Assembly: GCA_044892525.1 (NCBI GenBank)
Contig: CM097885.1
Span: 31,188,001-31,252,000 of the forward strand
Origin: Schmidtea polychroa
Taxonomy: Eukaryota
Reading direction: 5' to 3'
Length of the DNA: 64,000 nt
Positions 38,069 to 54,200 of this stretch are shown here, in pieces. Numbering within the stretch: the stretch's first letter is position 1; each line of letters starts with the position of its first letter. A program made the translations under genes and the position numbers. The notes below the pieces were generated by a model, which saw nothing but the letters and a program-made list of their open reading frames with translations, had not been told where the DNA came from and ran no database searches.

Positions 38069-41000
38069 ATGAAAATTTTCAAAAATGCCAAGAAACAGAA
38101 TTTTTACAAGAAATTGTTGAACTTTTATTAGATTATTTGAGAAAAATGAGAAATAATACTTCTAAGGTTTTGGATTTTCACCATCCACATCAATTGAAAC
38201 AAGCAATGGCGCACTGCATTGAGATTCCAGAAACTCCAAAAGATTTGGAGCAATTATTGAGTGATTGCAAAGAAACTCTCAAGTATTGCGTGAAAACCGG
38301 TAATATTCTTACTTCGAATTATGCATGAAATAGTAATTTTTAGGTCATTCTAGATATTTCAATCAAATATCATGTGGACTTGATACAATTGCTGTAGCTG
38401 GGGAATTTCTGACAGCAATGGCAAACACAAATATGTGAGTTTTGTTTTAATTGATATTAATTTTTTGAAAATCTTTAGAATTCGGTGCATAATAGACAAA
38501 AAACTAATTTTAAAGATAAGTAACATGCATTTAAGTTAAAGAAAGTACAATTTTATAAGTGTCGAATCCCACACAAATTTTTCGGGACTCCCAAAAGTTC
38601 GAGTTGATAAATATTTAGATACTTACCAATGTTTAACTCAGAAATTTAAATTGTCTAAGGTAAGCACTATTATTTATGAGTAAAACGCCCAATGATGGAC
38701 TTTTTGTCTATTATAAAACATTTTGGAGAACTATGTGTAAAAGTGAGACAAAATATGTTTTTTAGGCATCGATGATTTTCTGCAATTCACAAAGCTCCGT
38801 CTAATAGAATATTTTTGATGACATAGTTGAGAAGGATACTTCGAGCACGATAATACCTTTTCGGTAGGATGTTAAATCGATGTTGAAAAAACTCGTCAAC
38901 TCATCAAGTTTTTCAAATTGTTGAGGATACCTAAATAATAATTTATAAAGAAATAAATAAAATTAATGGGGGAAGATCGCCATGACAAACGGGACGATCT
39001 ATAAAAGCTCAGAAAATAAAACGAAAGTGAAAAGAAATTAAAAATGAGAAAGAGAAAGGAAACAAAAGTTATCAAACAGGAAAATAAAAATCAAGGTCAG
39101 TACTAATTAATTAGTACAAAAAGGAAAAGGAATTTTGAAATCGGGGAAAAAGGAAAACAACAATATCCTTATCTCGACAGCTTGCCAGTGATATTAGAAT
39201 TGATTGGAGAAGGCGGCCAAACAAGAAAGGGAAAAGGGTAAACAACTTGACAGCTGTCAGAGATAAAAATGGGACAGTCGGGGAAAGCAGGAGAAGGAAA
39301 GTGGAAAAACACTTGATTATCTGGAGTGCCACAAGAGAGGCTAACTATATAAGGGAAAACTGGTGTAAATGAAGAGACAACAAAATTAGAAGGAAATTTA
39401 GAGACAAAGCGATTCGAAATTTGAAAACGATTTGAGATACGATTTGAGAGATAAAATTATTGGAGAAAATTAGACCTTGGACGAAACGCTGTTGGACAAA
39501 CGATTGTCAAAATAATTGTAAAGGAAATAATTGTGGAAAATAATTATTGGAGAAGAGTTGAAGAAAAGAATTAGTTGAATAATAAAACGAAAAGAAGTTA
39601 TTTGATTACTTGAATAAAGTTTGGAAGAAAGTCAAAGAAAACAGCCAGCTCAAAATCCCAGTCTAGAAACCAATCCGTAATTTGTGATCTTTTAATCCGG
39701 TGTTTTACATACGTGCTATTCCTCACCGAGTGTTGCAATAAGCATTGTATAGTCACCAAGCAGAGTGTTGAATTTATTGTCAGTGTCAAGTGAAAGTTTA
39801 TTTGTGATTATCAATAAAGATTTCTGTTGGCAAGTGTTATTTGTGAATTATATAAAGACACGCTTGGAGTCAGAGTAACACTAAATTTTATCGCCAACTC
39901 AATAACCCAACAAAATTATCAACTGTCAGAAATCCGATTCTGCAAAAACACGACATTAAACAGAATTATTATCATTGTCTTGAAGACGACTTCAAATACT
40001 CATCTAAAATAGCGATTGTCAATTGCACTGAAAATATCATGAGGTAAAATTTTCCAATGAAATGGAGCACGATGAATCTTTGGAAGATGAGATAATTACA
40101 GAGAAGAAGCCAATCTAGCAGCACAAATATAGATATAGATAGCATCAGTAAGTCTTCATCAATCCAAGAAAGCTGATTAGTTTTCACAGTTGCAAAAGAA
40201 ATTGAACGTCTATGAAGCAACTGGCGTCTGCTCTTCTAATTGACAAGACTAGAACATGGACTAAAAGTTATTCAACCAAACAAAGAGAAAGGTAAACAAA
40301 AGGAAAATTTAGCCCGGGCGGGCCATTAATTATCTTTGTTCGTTAGACCATTCTGGGTGACAGTTCAAACAGATATGTGGAGTCAAATGTCAGGAGAGAG
40401 ATTGGCTCAGCATTAACCATTTGTTATCCCGATTTCGAAGTGTATATAAGGAATGGGAAAATTAGAGCAAACCGGTATTCTGCCTCAGATAGGGACATGA
40501 AGAAACCTAGCTTAGGACAATCATTAAGTTAGGGAAACGAACAGATAGAGTTAAGAGATGTTCAAGTCGTGAGAAAAAAATTGAATTCGAAGCAAACCAG
40601 ATCAAATAGTAAAAGTTCGAATGAAAGGAAGTTAGTGGACAAAAGGTGAATATTGATAAAGATTTTGTGCCGAGCGGAGAACCGATTAAATTTGAAAAGC
40701 TCTATCGTTGATTTTATCTTTGGATTTTGAGAGATTTTTGTGATTCAAATATACGTTGAGTACTTATTGTTTTGTAATTTAAGATTAAAGAGACACATGG
40801 AGTCAGAGATAACCGACTTGAATTAATAAAACCCAACATATGAAAAGATGAAAAAGACTTAAATAATAGGTAAAGAATCTTTAAAATATGCCTTAATGAA
40901 AAAAATAACAAAATATAAAATAGTTTGGAGAAAAAATGAAAAAGCAGAAAATAACATTTAGTCATAAAATACAAATCTTTGAACTCAATTCCATTTTTTA

Positions 41001-44000
41001 TTTATTGATAATTGTTGGGTAAAACTAATTTTAGGCCAACATAGAAGTAATCCAATCGAAATACTTCAGAAAAATAGCTCGCAGATACAGCACTAAGTAA
41101 AGTTTTTAAAAAACATATAACTATCAACTAAACATTATTAAAAACCTACACAATACCAAAATGATAGAACACAAAAATAAAATAAATACAAGAGCAACAA
41201 GTATGGCAGGAAACAGGCATAGATCTAACATAGACAAATAACAGAAAGTAAACTAATTCTAATTAATGGCGATAAAGGAAAACTAACTATTGGAAATGAA
41301 AATATTTCCACAAAATAACGACTTAAGACTTAAAACTATAGAAAAAATGAAAAAAAAACGCTAGAATATTCTATGAAAATAATGAAATCCAATATGGCGC
41401 CGTGTTCAAGAACTAAAACCCCAAAATAATATTTAGAAAGTTAGATCATTAAAATATAGTAAAAAAATAGAGATAGAAATTACACCTAAATCCGAAATAT
41501 AAGTTTCTATAATCTAGAAAAATAATCGATAAAATTATACTATAGCAACACACAAACTTACCTGTGTGCAAAAATTTAATGTTCCAAAAGTTAAAAGTTT
41601 TATTATAGGAATTGAGAAAGTGAAAGAAAAATAATTTTACATACAAACACAGCACACATAATATAAAATACACGCAAATTTAATATAGCTTTTTTTATTC
41701 TGAAAGTAGAAAGTAATTAACATACTGTTAACATATCATTAATTTTAAATTATTAAAATTCATGGCTGAAAAAAATTTGGATTTTGAATCGGACAAATCA
41801 ACTTTGAGTTTTTGAGAAAAGGACAACAAAACATCGTAAGATCTATTTATAAAATATTTTTGAAGTTAATATTTCTTTAGATTTTCAGATTTTTCTTTGG
41901 AAACACTTCCATTTTGCGAAGGTGAAGATCTGACAATGTAAGAATTTTTTCATTTAATTACAAATAATTAAAATATTTTACAGCATATCAGATATTTCTA
42001 GTCAAACGCCTTTGTGTGAAGATATATAACAAGTTCCATCGACATCTTTGTAATTGAAGAAAAAAATTCGAAAATCGTAAATTTTAATATCTTATTTTAA
42101 AAAAATCATATTTTCATAGAATTTCAGAAAATATCAAAAACAATATCAAGGACAAATGGATTTAGCTCCATGTCCTTTTCAAGCAGATTTGACATCGTCT
42201 AAGAGGCTATTGAAAATGAGCTGGAGAAAGAAGATTACAAAAACTTAAAAAACTATTTTATCCATATACGCCGCTTTTTTCCTAAAAGTCTTAAAAAAAT
42301 TAATGTGTTTGGTGATTATTTTATTTCTTTTTAGTTAAAAATATATCTAACTTACATTTTATTGAAATAATTCCAAATTCATAACATGTCATAAAATACC
42401 TAAAAAAACACCTGAAATTTAATTATCAATATTTTATATTATAAATGCTGATTACAAGTAATATTTAAGAGCTTGAATAATGATCTCATAATTATATAAA
42501 ATCAAAATTCAAGTCTTAAAATATACGTAAATTTAAAAAACTTACTTCTAAAACCATAAAATAAAATTGAATTGTACATGAAAAAATGAAATAAAAATTC
42601 TCATAAATGGTGAGTCATCGACTGATGAACACACCAACATGTATTATTGGGACTTTTAACATCTGGAATTAGGTGTGTATATTAAAACTATTAAAAATAG
42701 CATAGAATATTCTAGAAAATGTCCAAATCCGTCATGGCGGCGAAATTATTTAAAATTAAATAAAATATAAAAATCAGAAAATAAAATAAACCATAAATTA
42801 TAAAATATCGCAATCAAAATTGATAAAAATGTAAAATTAATCGAAATTAAAATAATTCAAATTTGTTTTACTCACACATACTTGCACACAAAAATCAAAT
42901 TATAAATATTGACGCTTTGATGCTGAAATTTTGGGTAGCCCACATCCACTATCACAACTGCTACGAATTAATTCACAACACAATGACTTACGAGATGTTC
43001 AACATTTCCACTACACCATTCATCAGTAACTTCTTGTGCCCATTGTGGATTTTGGCTAGTGGAAATTGAAAAGCCCTAACGCTCCATTCTCTACAATTGG
43101 AAAGCTCGCGTGTCTCCGTGCCATGCTCGCAAAAGGTAAATCGAGTAACCGCAAAAAGTCAACCGACAAGGTTAATTTAAATAGGAGATTGAGAGTTATG
43201 TCGAGTCTTTTCGTTCTGTCATAACTCTAAAGGTATTTACATACAACACTAAGACCTCATCACACTGGTGTCCAGTGGGCCGTGTGTGGCAAGCAATTTT
43301 CATTTATATCGTAATCGTAAGCGACCCATAGACCCAAACCTAAACTCAACATTTAAATTATACTATTTTATCTATTATAAGACAATAACAGCTCGTTCCC
43401 CTATTGTTCAGTGGGCTATGGGTCTAACATATTATTGACTAAAATATCTGACAAGGTACCATGAAAAATGAAACAGTTGCAAAAAATATAAAATTTATCA
43501 ATTAAAGTCAAAAGTGTCAGATCACCGTACGGGATATTAGCTTAGACCACTGCTCAAAATTTTAGGGAATGCTATAGTACATATAAAACCAAACTTTCAA
43601 AACTTAAAAATGAAAACAGATCACTGCTCAAAATTCTAAAAGCTAACATGGAATGATATTATTATAGGAAAACGAAATCCAAACGCTAAGACAGGAGGTT
43701 CAGATTGTAAAGGCTCTCATGGTGGAAACTAGTTCGGTGCTAAGGAGGATGCGTAGTCAATGATGTGGGGAATGCGGAGTAGCGTTTGAACTCATTTGTA
43801 CACTGTTATAGAATTTTTGGGATTATTATATGTAAAATTATGTAATTAAATGAGGAATATTGGAAAATTCAAAATCAAGAAATTATGGAATTAAAATTTG
43901 AAAAACAGATCAGGTACGGATAAGATGATGGGAAAGATCACGACAATAATGAATTTATCAGATTATGTTCAGAAAAAGTCGAAATGCAAGAAAACGTATG

Positions 44001-47000
44001 AAAACAGAAAATCATTAATTAATTAAATAAATTAATTAAAGGAAGCCCGAACTAAGTAAACAGAAAGAGAAGTAAACAAAGGCGAAGTTGAAAAACCATT
44101 ATCATGACAGTATGAGTAATGGAGGAAATGAAAAAATGGAACAGTAATTTATTTTCGTCAACTACGAGAAAATGAAAAAAAGGTTGCGAGGCAAAGATTG
44201 TTAGGGAGAGATGACTTAGTTAAAACGCCATCAATCATGACATTATTTTAACTATATAAAAAACTCAAATTTAGAAGCAATCGGTATTTTTCCTCAGTTA
44301 GGAACGAATAAAACGAGAGTATGTAAAAAGGAAAATTATATAAACTAGAAGATAGAAAAGAAAGGATTAAGTTAGGTCAAAGGATTAAAGAAAAGAGGTG
44401 ATTATTGTTGTAAAGCGTGCACAACTATTGGGGTCATAGCGAGGCTCATCGAATGGCCAAAACAGACATTTTATTGAGATTCTGAGTTTTCTAAATTGTA
44501 AATTGTACGAATTAAAATATATATATGCGTTGAGTATTGTTTGTTTAATTGCTTTTATAAAACACGTGGAGTCAGAAACACCAACTTTAATATTTATTCA
44601 GTTGAAAACTCAACCGAATAATAAATCTAGTTTAGCCTAAATCTTTGTTCGTTCCTAAAAATGGACTAACCATTATAGAGATCTAAAATGAAGTTGGATA
44701 CACGCTTTCTATATTTATTTTGCAGATCCACTGGAATGCTCGACGACTATAGTGCACCAGACTAGGTTCACTTCTCTGGAGTATTCACCCATACAACACA
44801 ATACCAACGTTGATTACTGAGTGGGTGTCGAATGGTGAAGTAAAACATTGTATCTTGGGTTGCATCGGAAACAACAGGAAAGGGGTAAAATATGGTTTAA
44901 TGACTTTTCATGTGACCTAACATAATTCAACAAGGATCGTTGGTTTTTTATGAATACACGTGCGTTTTTGTTTAATTTTCATTTGCTTGTTCAATTTTAA
45001 ACTTAAAAAAGATTATATGAAAACTGTTCAAAACCGGTTAACAAATCCAGTTTGGAAAAATTCCAGTTTTCTGGATTCTATATTTCTTTCTCAAATATTT
45101 GTATATAAATAAACTTATATTCAAGTTTTATTTAATTAATATTTAATTAATAGGTTTACTTATGAAATTGCGCCAGTATTTACTTTAATGGAAGAAGTAA
45201 CTTTACAAAAATTAAGAAATTTGATCGGTTGGCCTAACGCTGGAGATGGCATATTTTCACCCGGTGAGCCAATTTATCAATTTTTATACTTTAATTTAAA
45301 TTGAAATAATTTCAAATATTTAAATTACTTTTTCAAAATTTGCATTTTATTTTCTTTTAATGACATTTTTAATTTTCTAAAATAAAATAATAATAAAGTC
45401 CATTAAAATTATAGGGCTAAAAATACGATAAAAAGCAACAAATTTCGTCTTTGATCTTCTTTAATTTGTTGTGGTTGTCAGTGAAATTAAATGTTACCAA
45501 TTATTGTTGACTCCAAATCGTATCTTGTTTAACTACAATAACGAGCTTCAGACAATTTAAACGTTTATTGATTAACATAATTGATTACCAATTTACAGAG
45601 ACACCAATAACTCAATATACGAACCATGACTTTAATACTTATTGAAACTCCTCGGCAGGGATATCACGTTTACAATGCAAACTTGAAAATCACAACCACA
45701 TGACTACTGTTTTTGGTTTCGATGATTGGTAGATTCGATCAAGTTGCTTTCTTAACTATAACTTGAATTTACTCGATAACTTGTGTTTTCGTACAGCCTA
45801 TCGAGATATGCAAATTTATTTCCATTTTGTTTTTCTTTTTCCTTCTTCACTTTGTATTTGTATTTCATTGTTAAATTTTTATTGACTATGTTATTTTTCT
45901 TTCATTTTCAGTTTCCTTTGTGTCTCAGGATTCTGGAACAACCCATCCTCTATTTCATACATTTTCCATTTATTTTTTTATTCGTGTAATAATTATTAGA
46001 TTTTATTATCTAGGTATCCTCAAATAATTATCAAAAATCACTCTAATCAAGCAAAATTAGTAATACTAAATTACTTTACAGTTTTTACAAATGAGTTCGA
46101 AAGTTTATATTTCTAAACACTTAAAGTGAAAAAGGAAAAGTTGTAAAACACCAGTTATAAGCAATCTACTGTCGACTTAGAAAGATATCAGCTTATTACA
46201 GTGGCGTATCGGAAGGGGGGTTGACATGGTGTGGGAAATATATTTAAATTAATATTTATTTTAATATAAATAATTATTTCTTTTCTTGATTTGTCTGATA
46301 AAATATGTTATAACTAATGTTTACAGTAAATCAATTAAATTGCTTCGTATATGAAACATTTTTGTCTTCTTTCCTTCTGGACACTTTATTTTTCCAAAAT
46401 ACTGATATAATTGTATTTTTTTAACCAAATATACTGAAAATTCAACAGAAACACTCATTGTAATTCAGGAAATTCTGAAGTTCAAAGATGTTGCTAATTT
46501 AAAATTTAGTAATAATCTTCATATAATATAGAAATGATTATTCATGGATTCCGCATATTTCAGAACGAATCCAGTCTAAATGCAGTAAAATTTAAGGCCT
46601 AACCTGAGGTCGTGTCCCTATTTATCTCGAAAAACAGTATATTTTTTTTATAGAAGCGTAGTTAAGTAGTGACTAATCGTAATATATTATAAAGTATTTT
46701 AAAGTAGGTATTGGATTCTATTATTATTTGTATTATATTCTTATTACGAGTATATTCTATATAATATATTACAGTATGTTTCAACATTAATAACTTTGAA
46801 TATAAAAGGGTTAAGAAGTTGACTTTAAGTAATACCTTTATAATAAATAATTTTTTAAAATTAAAACTTATTTTATTATTAATATAATTTTTGTTTAGGG
46901 GGTTCTATATCAAATTTATATGCTGTTTTAGCTGCTAGATTTGCAAGTTTTCCTAGCGTTAAGTTTCAAGGATTATATGAAGCACCAAGATTGATCATAT

Positions 47001-48171
47001 TTACATCAGAACAAGTTAACATCCCTTCAATTATACTTAATTGAAAATTATAATTATTTAGGCTCATTATTCCATTAAAAGAGCTGCAATTATTACAGGA
47101 ATTGGTTTGGATTATGTTCGATTAGTACGATGTAATGAAAGGTATTTTTCTTCATAGATGTTAAACTACTACTTTTATTTTTTTCATTTTGTTATGTTCA
47201 TTTTCATTTCATATTTAGACTTTCGATCAGTATTTGTGTTAAATAGAGTATAAAATTGATCGAAAGTTTAAAAAATGAAGATAAAGATAATCGAAAAATC
47301 CCATTGGTGCGCAAAATACAGGGTATGCACAATAAGTAGTGAGCCCAATATAGAAAGGTAAGTGTAAATTTTAAAATATTATAAAATATTATTTACTTTG
47401 TTTTAGTCTGATATTATTTGTTGACTTGTTGTATTGCATTACTTTGAAAACGATATTGGAAAGTATGCAATATAGAATTTTGTTTTGCTATTTGTATTTG
47501 TTGGAAAAGTCAAGATGAAATTCAAATGTAATGGAAAAAAAGAAAATCCTTCATTGGCTACATCTAAACACAGATTCAAGGAATTTAAAATTGGAAGAAC
47601 CTTTGAAGTGGATTTGGGAGATCAAAGATCATATAACGAAAAACCTGGAGGAAATCATACAAAATGAAAAAAGGAATCATCTAAATGTCAATAAAGAATT
47701 TCTCCAGACATTACTGGCAACAAGTGGGTTCAGAAAATTGTGTTCGTGCTTCTAACCCTGATATGCAAACTCGTCGAATTGAGTGTTGCGGAGAAAATTT
47801 GTAAACTGCAGTAAAATTGATTGGGGTCAATAGACAAAGTTATTAAAGAAATACAGACTAATTAATTGTTAAAAACAAATAAATTTAACGGAGGAAACTG
47901 TCTGAGCATGACAGGCTATAAACAAAATAATTAAATTTTACAAATATAGTTATCGGTTCCTTGTGGGGAAAAATCGATTATTAATTGTGACAAAAAGGGA
48001 GTTCATTAAATAAGAAACTTTCATCTTAATCAAGTAAATATATTAGAAATCTTAAATAAAGTAACGGTGTTAACGAATAAACAAAAGACGTATAAAGAAA
48101 CTGAAAGGTGAAAACTATTTTATTGGCAAAACCGTCTCACTGTTGAGTTCCGTAGCCGTTGTGTCTTTGTT

Positions 48172-48257
<86 letters not shown>

Positions 48258-51200
48258 GGTGGAGTGAAAATGACCGAAAAAAAATTTTTTGACTTAGTAG
48301 ACTTTGGATAGTTATAAAAACTTGCTATGAGGTCCAATGAAGTACTCTGTAAAGAAAAACAATAATTTAAATAATGTCTTGAGGTTCCACAACCAACTTT
48401 AAAATGTAACCATTGATAAGAAAACGATAATGTATTTGCTATTATTGACATATTATTGAAGTCATTGATGGCATTTAAATAATATTTTCATTACTTTTAA
48501 TAGCAAAATATTTGCCACCCATACACTATGGATTTTAAATGCCTCTGGTTTTCCTTTTTAGAGTTGCAATGGCTGTAACCAGAAAGAAAGTGTCTTGTGT
48601 CATCTTTGGTGGTCCATCCGAGATGCCCGACAATCAACTACCGACTTATGCAGATGTTATGAAATTCTACAACCTGACAAAGCAGAGACTGAAATGCGAA
48701 TTGAACAATAAAGATCCTTCACATTGCAACGTGGCAGAAACAGTGTCAATGAAAGTAGAAAAAATATGGGACAAAGCTTCCATACCACATGTAAGCCACC
48801 GCCGTGTTCATGAAATGTTGAACGTGTACCACAAGACGTTCACGAAATTGCTGAAGCCGTATAAATCTAGGAAGGACTCAGAACCATACAGAGAGAAAAT
48901 ATCGCAGTTTAAAGATGAATCGATTAAACTCTTTGACATTTGCTCCTGCAAGTGCTCTTGTATGTCTCAGTGTCACTGTGAGAAGTCAAGAAAGATACCC
49001 ACAATTGAACGTGACTTTCTAGAAGATCAGCGGGGTTCACGCTGTATGATCATAGCTGGAGTTGATGAGTTTGAATCCAGTATATTACAAAAGCGGTATA
49101 TCCGTAAAGAGTCGACACAGAGGCAGATGTGTACCAAATCTGCCATTGATGACATCGGTGATAAACAGTCGGATGTCTGTGACGAGATTTCTGGAATGGA
49201 AGAGGAAATGGATACCGGCGATGATGACTCTGATGACGATTGTATAAGCCAAATTAAACAACAGCGAAAATTGAATGACAAGCAGATGAGAGTTAAGCTA
49301 CCGTCGTTGGCTTTAGCGTGTGATCGACATGGCGTATCCGACAGGGCGGCAGCAGGAATCGCCAGTGCTGTTCTTCAAGATGTTGGAATAATCTACGAAC
49401 ATGATGTTTCTAAAGTGATTGACAGAAGTAAAGTGCGTCGAGAACGTTGTAATAAGCGTGGCGCATTATGTGCCGAAGTCAGTAACACAATCACTGGGTT
49501 ATATTTTGACGGCAGAAAAGACAATACAATGACCCAAATTAAAGAATGCGATGGTAAATTTCATCGGAAAATAATAACTGAAGAACATATATCGATTATA
49601 GCCGAACCAGGAGCTACATATTTCGGTCACATTACACCAACTGCAGGGTCAATCAAAGTTATCACGGCTGAGTTGATTACATATTTGAATAAAAGAAATG
49701 TTGACACGAGTGGCATAAAAGCAATAGGTTGTGATGGGACAGCCACTAATACGGGCATTCGAGGAGGCATCATTCGATTACTTGAAGTGACGTTACACAG
49801 ACCGCTACAGTGGTTCGTATGTCAGTTGCATGCAAACGAATTACCGTTAAGACATTTGTTTCAGTATCTCGATGGACCTACCAATGGTCCAAAAGGATTT
49901 TCTGGTCCCATTGGAAAGTCATTGTTGAATTGTGAGAAGCTTCCCATCGTTGACTACATGCCGATAAACTGTGTTCTACCGTCAAGTGCAAATTCCGACG
50001 ATTTAAGTACAGATCAGAAATACCTGTTCGATTTGTGTACTGCTGTAAGTGTTGGTATTTGTCCTGTCGACCATTCACTTCGCAATCCTGGTCTTATCAA
50101 CCATTCGAGATGGTTAACCACGGCTAATCGCATACTACGTCTGTATGTTGCCACAAGAAGCCCGTCGGATGAACTAAAGACGCTTGCTACCTTCATCGTA
50201 ACAGTTTATGCACCTGCATGGTTTGAAATAAAGAATACCCCTTCGTGTAAAGACGGTGCTCGACATGTCCACAGTACGATACTGAAATCACGCTACCTCA
50301 CAGACGAGCTGAAGAAAGTTGTTGACCCGGTAATTCAACGCAACGCATTCTTTAGTCATCCAGAAAATCTGTTGCTTGCGATGCTTACCGATGAAAGATC
50401 AGATATACGCGAGTTAGCTCTGCGACGCATACTGAAATCCAGAAAGCAGAAACGTACGACTTCAGTTAGATCTTTCTGCGTGCCAGTAATCAACTTTGAA
50501 GCTACTAGCTACATAGACATGATCGATTGGCAGAAAACTCCGATCACAGAGCCTCCAATCGTAGTGGACATTGACGAAGATACTTTGTTAACCATGATCC
50601 GGGAAGAAGAAACGCCAAGACTGGATTTCGCCCGCTATCCTTGTCACACCCAGGCAGTAGAGAGACATATCAAGCTAGTGACAGAAGCATCCGAAATGGT
50701 GTGTGGTCCAGAAAAACGCGACGGATTCATTAGAGCACGCTTGGAATCGAGATTGAAAATGCCAAAACTGGACACCAAAGCCCAACATCATTTGTAGTTA
50801 TAAAAACATGTTAGACAGTTTGCATGTGGTTTCCCTTCACAGATATGGTTCTTATTACTTGTAATGTTATGTACAGACTGTTAAAAAGTTAAACCATAAC
50901 ATAAATATGTTACTTATAAAAAAATGTTTTTTTTAAAGATTATTGCTTTTTTATCGAAATATGCCTATACTTTAGGTCAATTGTGGAACCTCAAGATATG
51001 CTTTAAATTGTCTAATTGTTTGCCACATTACTAATTGCATGTGTTACCAAGTTTTTATAGCTATCCAAACAAGATATTAAGAAAAAAAAATTTTCACTCC
51101 ACCCTAATATATATAGAATAGCACTATAGTTGTTTGTAATTTATTGACATTTTGTAGGTCATTGCAATATTTTGTCTTATAAATTTGGTATCCATAAACC

Positions 51201-54200
51201 TGTATTTTGCTGGGAGTTCATTGATTTGGTACTCATGAACATGAGTTAAGTTAGAAACGAATTCAATAAAGATGTTAATAATTAATTCAAATAATTATTA
51301 ATAGATGATTTTCCTTCTTGCTTGTTTATTGGTACTCACTCTTAATTTACACGTGCTTTGCCATTTCTTAGTTTTGATCCTACCCTTAAGACACTTATCA
51401 ACCATTAATTTAACCTTGATATCGCTTTAAAGTATTGTGTAATTATTGAAATGTTTTAGTCCCCAGCCTATCTATTTATCTTTTGTCACCCTTTATCATT
51501 TGTTATGCTTAAGTGTATATAATGAAGTATTTCTTGAAATTTATTAGGCGAAATAGCAATCTTTATTTTCTGGCATCAGATAATATTCTGGAGAAAATTC
51601 TTCTAAACTTTTTAAAATCCTAACATCAGGGTGATTACGAAAAATAGATGTATCTGTTCTTGTATCTGGTATCCAAACTGTTCTCATGTTTGCATCTAAC
51701 GCGCCTTTAATTCCATTTGCAGCATCCTCAAAAACTAAAATGTTTCTAGGAGATATTGGAAGGTTATCCGTAAATCGTTTTGCTGCTTCTAAAAAGACAT
51801 CAGGAGCCGGTTTAGATTTTTTAACAGCTCTATCACTTCCAGCCCGAACACTGTGATGGATTTTGGAAAATAAATGACTATGTGGCTCTGTTTTATATTC
51901 AAAACTATCATCACAGGACCCAGTGGCAATGGCCATGGGGATATTGTTTTCCCAGAAATAGTTTATTAAATTCTTCGCTCCTGCTTTCAAAGACACATTT
52001 TTCAAAACATCTTTTTTCATTGTATTATAACGATTTACAAAATCACTGGGAGTTATGGGCAAATTATGCTTGGATATGAGACCCTGAATGACATCATTAT
52101 AGGATTTTCCCATGTAGATTTGTTGAGCTTCAAAATCATATTTCACATTGAATGGATCCAGAATTTGATCTATACATAGATTGAATAAATATTCCGAATC
52201 TATTAGTGTGTCGTCTAGATCAAAAATAATATGACTAATGTATATTTTCATGGAAAATTATGCTAATGGTAAAATAATAATTATAAAAATTAATTTTTAT
52301 CAATGAGATCAATGAGCAAGTTTATTTTTGTCATTTAAGGTAATATTTCTCTATAGGTGGCCACTGACCAAATTTCCACATTTGAGGAGCACATATAATT
52401 TAATTTTATTATTTAGTTATCCTCACTACCTCTGTTATTATACATGCAAGGGGTTAGATCAATAATTGTTGAAATTTTAAATCACTGACAAACTAAACAT
52501 GATTAAAATGTTGGGGTTGTACTAAAGATACGAAACTAAAATGTAAAATTGTACAAATTATCAAAATCAGTGAGAATTAATTAAAATTTGGAAAAAATAG
52601 AAAAACTGGTAACCGATGGTAAATGAAATTCTGAAGACGAATAAAATAATTTCAAATTGATCAGAGGTCTATAGAAACCCAAAACAAAATAATTTATTAA
52701 GTTTCAATGAAAACCATTAAATAAACGATACCCAGCGGATTGTCAGTTCAATGGGTTGCCAGGAAATAAATTAAATCAATAATTTATTCAATCTACCCAG
52801 TTAATTGTCAGATGAATGGGTTGCCGGAAATTAGGAGAATCGGCATAAAATCCTTCAGCCAGATAAGGTAAAGATTGATGGTCAGTGAAATATTATATAA
52901 TTAATGAGCAAAAAATAAAAAGTGAAAGTTGGTCGAAGAGGGGAAAATTATTATAACTTAGCAGAATTAATTAAAGAAGGTGAACGGGAGCGATCCAGGA
53001 AAGAGTGATAAACCAAATTGTGTTTTAACTTATTACGGTGATATCCATTATAATTTTACAAAGAGTGTACAATTTTTGTTGGGATTTGAGTATATATAAT
53101 AATTATATAATAAGTATATAAATAATTAAAAATGAATTCGTCATCTTAAAAATCAAGACACAGCTGGAGGAAGTTGGCCTATAATGAGATAATAGGACAT
53201 TTGTTGCAATGCCATCAAGCTTGCAATAGAAATGTGATAGGAAATTAATGTATATGTTGTTGAAGACGCTTTGTGGTTACAAAAGAAAGTCGATCACTTG
53301 CTGAATTGGAGTCCAGATTGTACCTCAAAAGATTAATGATTATGACAATTTTTAAATGGGTTGATATCATTCTTTCTTGAAAGAGGAAAGCCAAATTCTG
53401 ATTCGAGATGATGACCAAGCAGTAACTTGGCCTGATAGAGCAGGTGTAAGAAGAACTTGGTTTATGATATAAAATCAAAGAAAAACATTGCATTTATTTT
53501 GTGTGAACATTTAAATTTAAATATCTACGATTTCTGATTAGCGTCCACTCAGGGAAGGGCAAGATATTTTTTTCATTCACATTTTTGGTTAAGAATTTTC
53601 GAAGAATAATTTAAAATCATATTTTTTATTGTGTTTGGTGATTTTGGAATTTCATTATCACAAAACCCTTTTTTTAATAATAACTTTCTCGAATCTATCT
53701 GTGAAGTGTTTTCAGCTGAGAATTAAATATTTCAATAATTTATTAAGATAATTTTAAATTGTAAATAATTGACTATTAAAATAACTTATAAAATTATTTT
53801 TAAATTGGATTTTTTAATTTGAAATTTTTGAATTGAAAAATTGAAAAATTAAAATAGCTTTTTGAAAGAAGTTTTATTAGTGAATATATTTTAAATATCG
53901 AAATTTTAATAAATGGTTTTGAAAATATTTTATTCGACGCTGAAAATTTGTTTGAAAATTATACAATATTTCATTAAATAAATACTTGAAATTGTGACGT
54001 TAACTTTTGAACCGGATTTAAAAAATAATTTAGAAGATGTGTTAGCAGCTTCTAATACTATCAATGTACGAATTATCTAAAACTCGAAAAAAACGTGACA
54101 TAATTTCAAGTTAAGAATTATCCAACTGGCTTTCAAAATAATCACTAATTTTCTTTAGTTGACTTTGAGTTTGGAAAACCTTCACTTGGATTAAGTCTCC

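Noticed and set aside
53140..53500. Coding-like fragment ending [10 protein letters not shown], faintly HECT-like
   Set aside because: Too short and frameshifted to support
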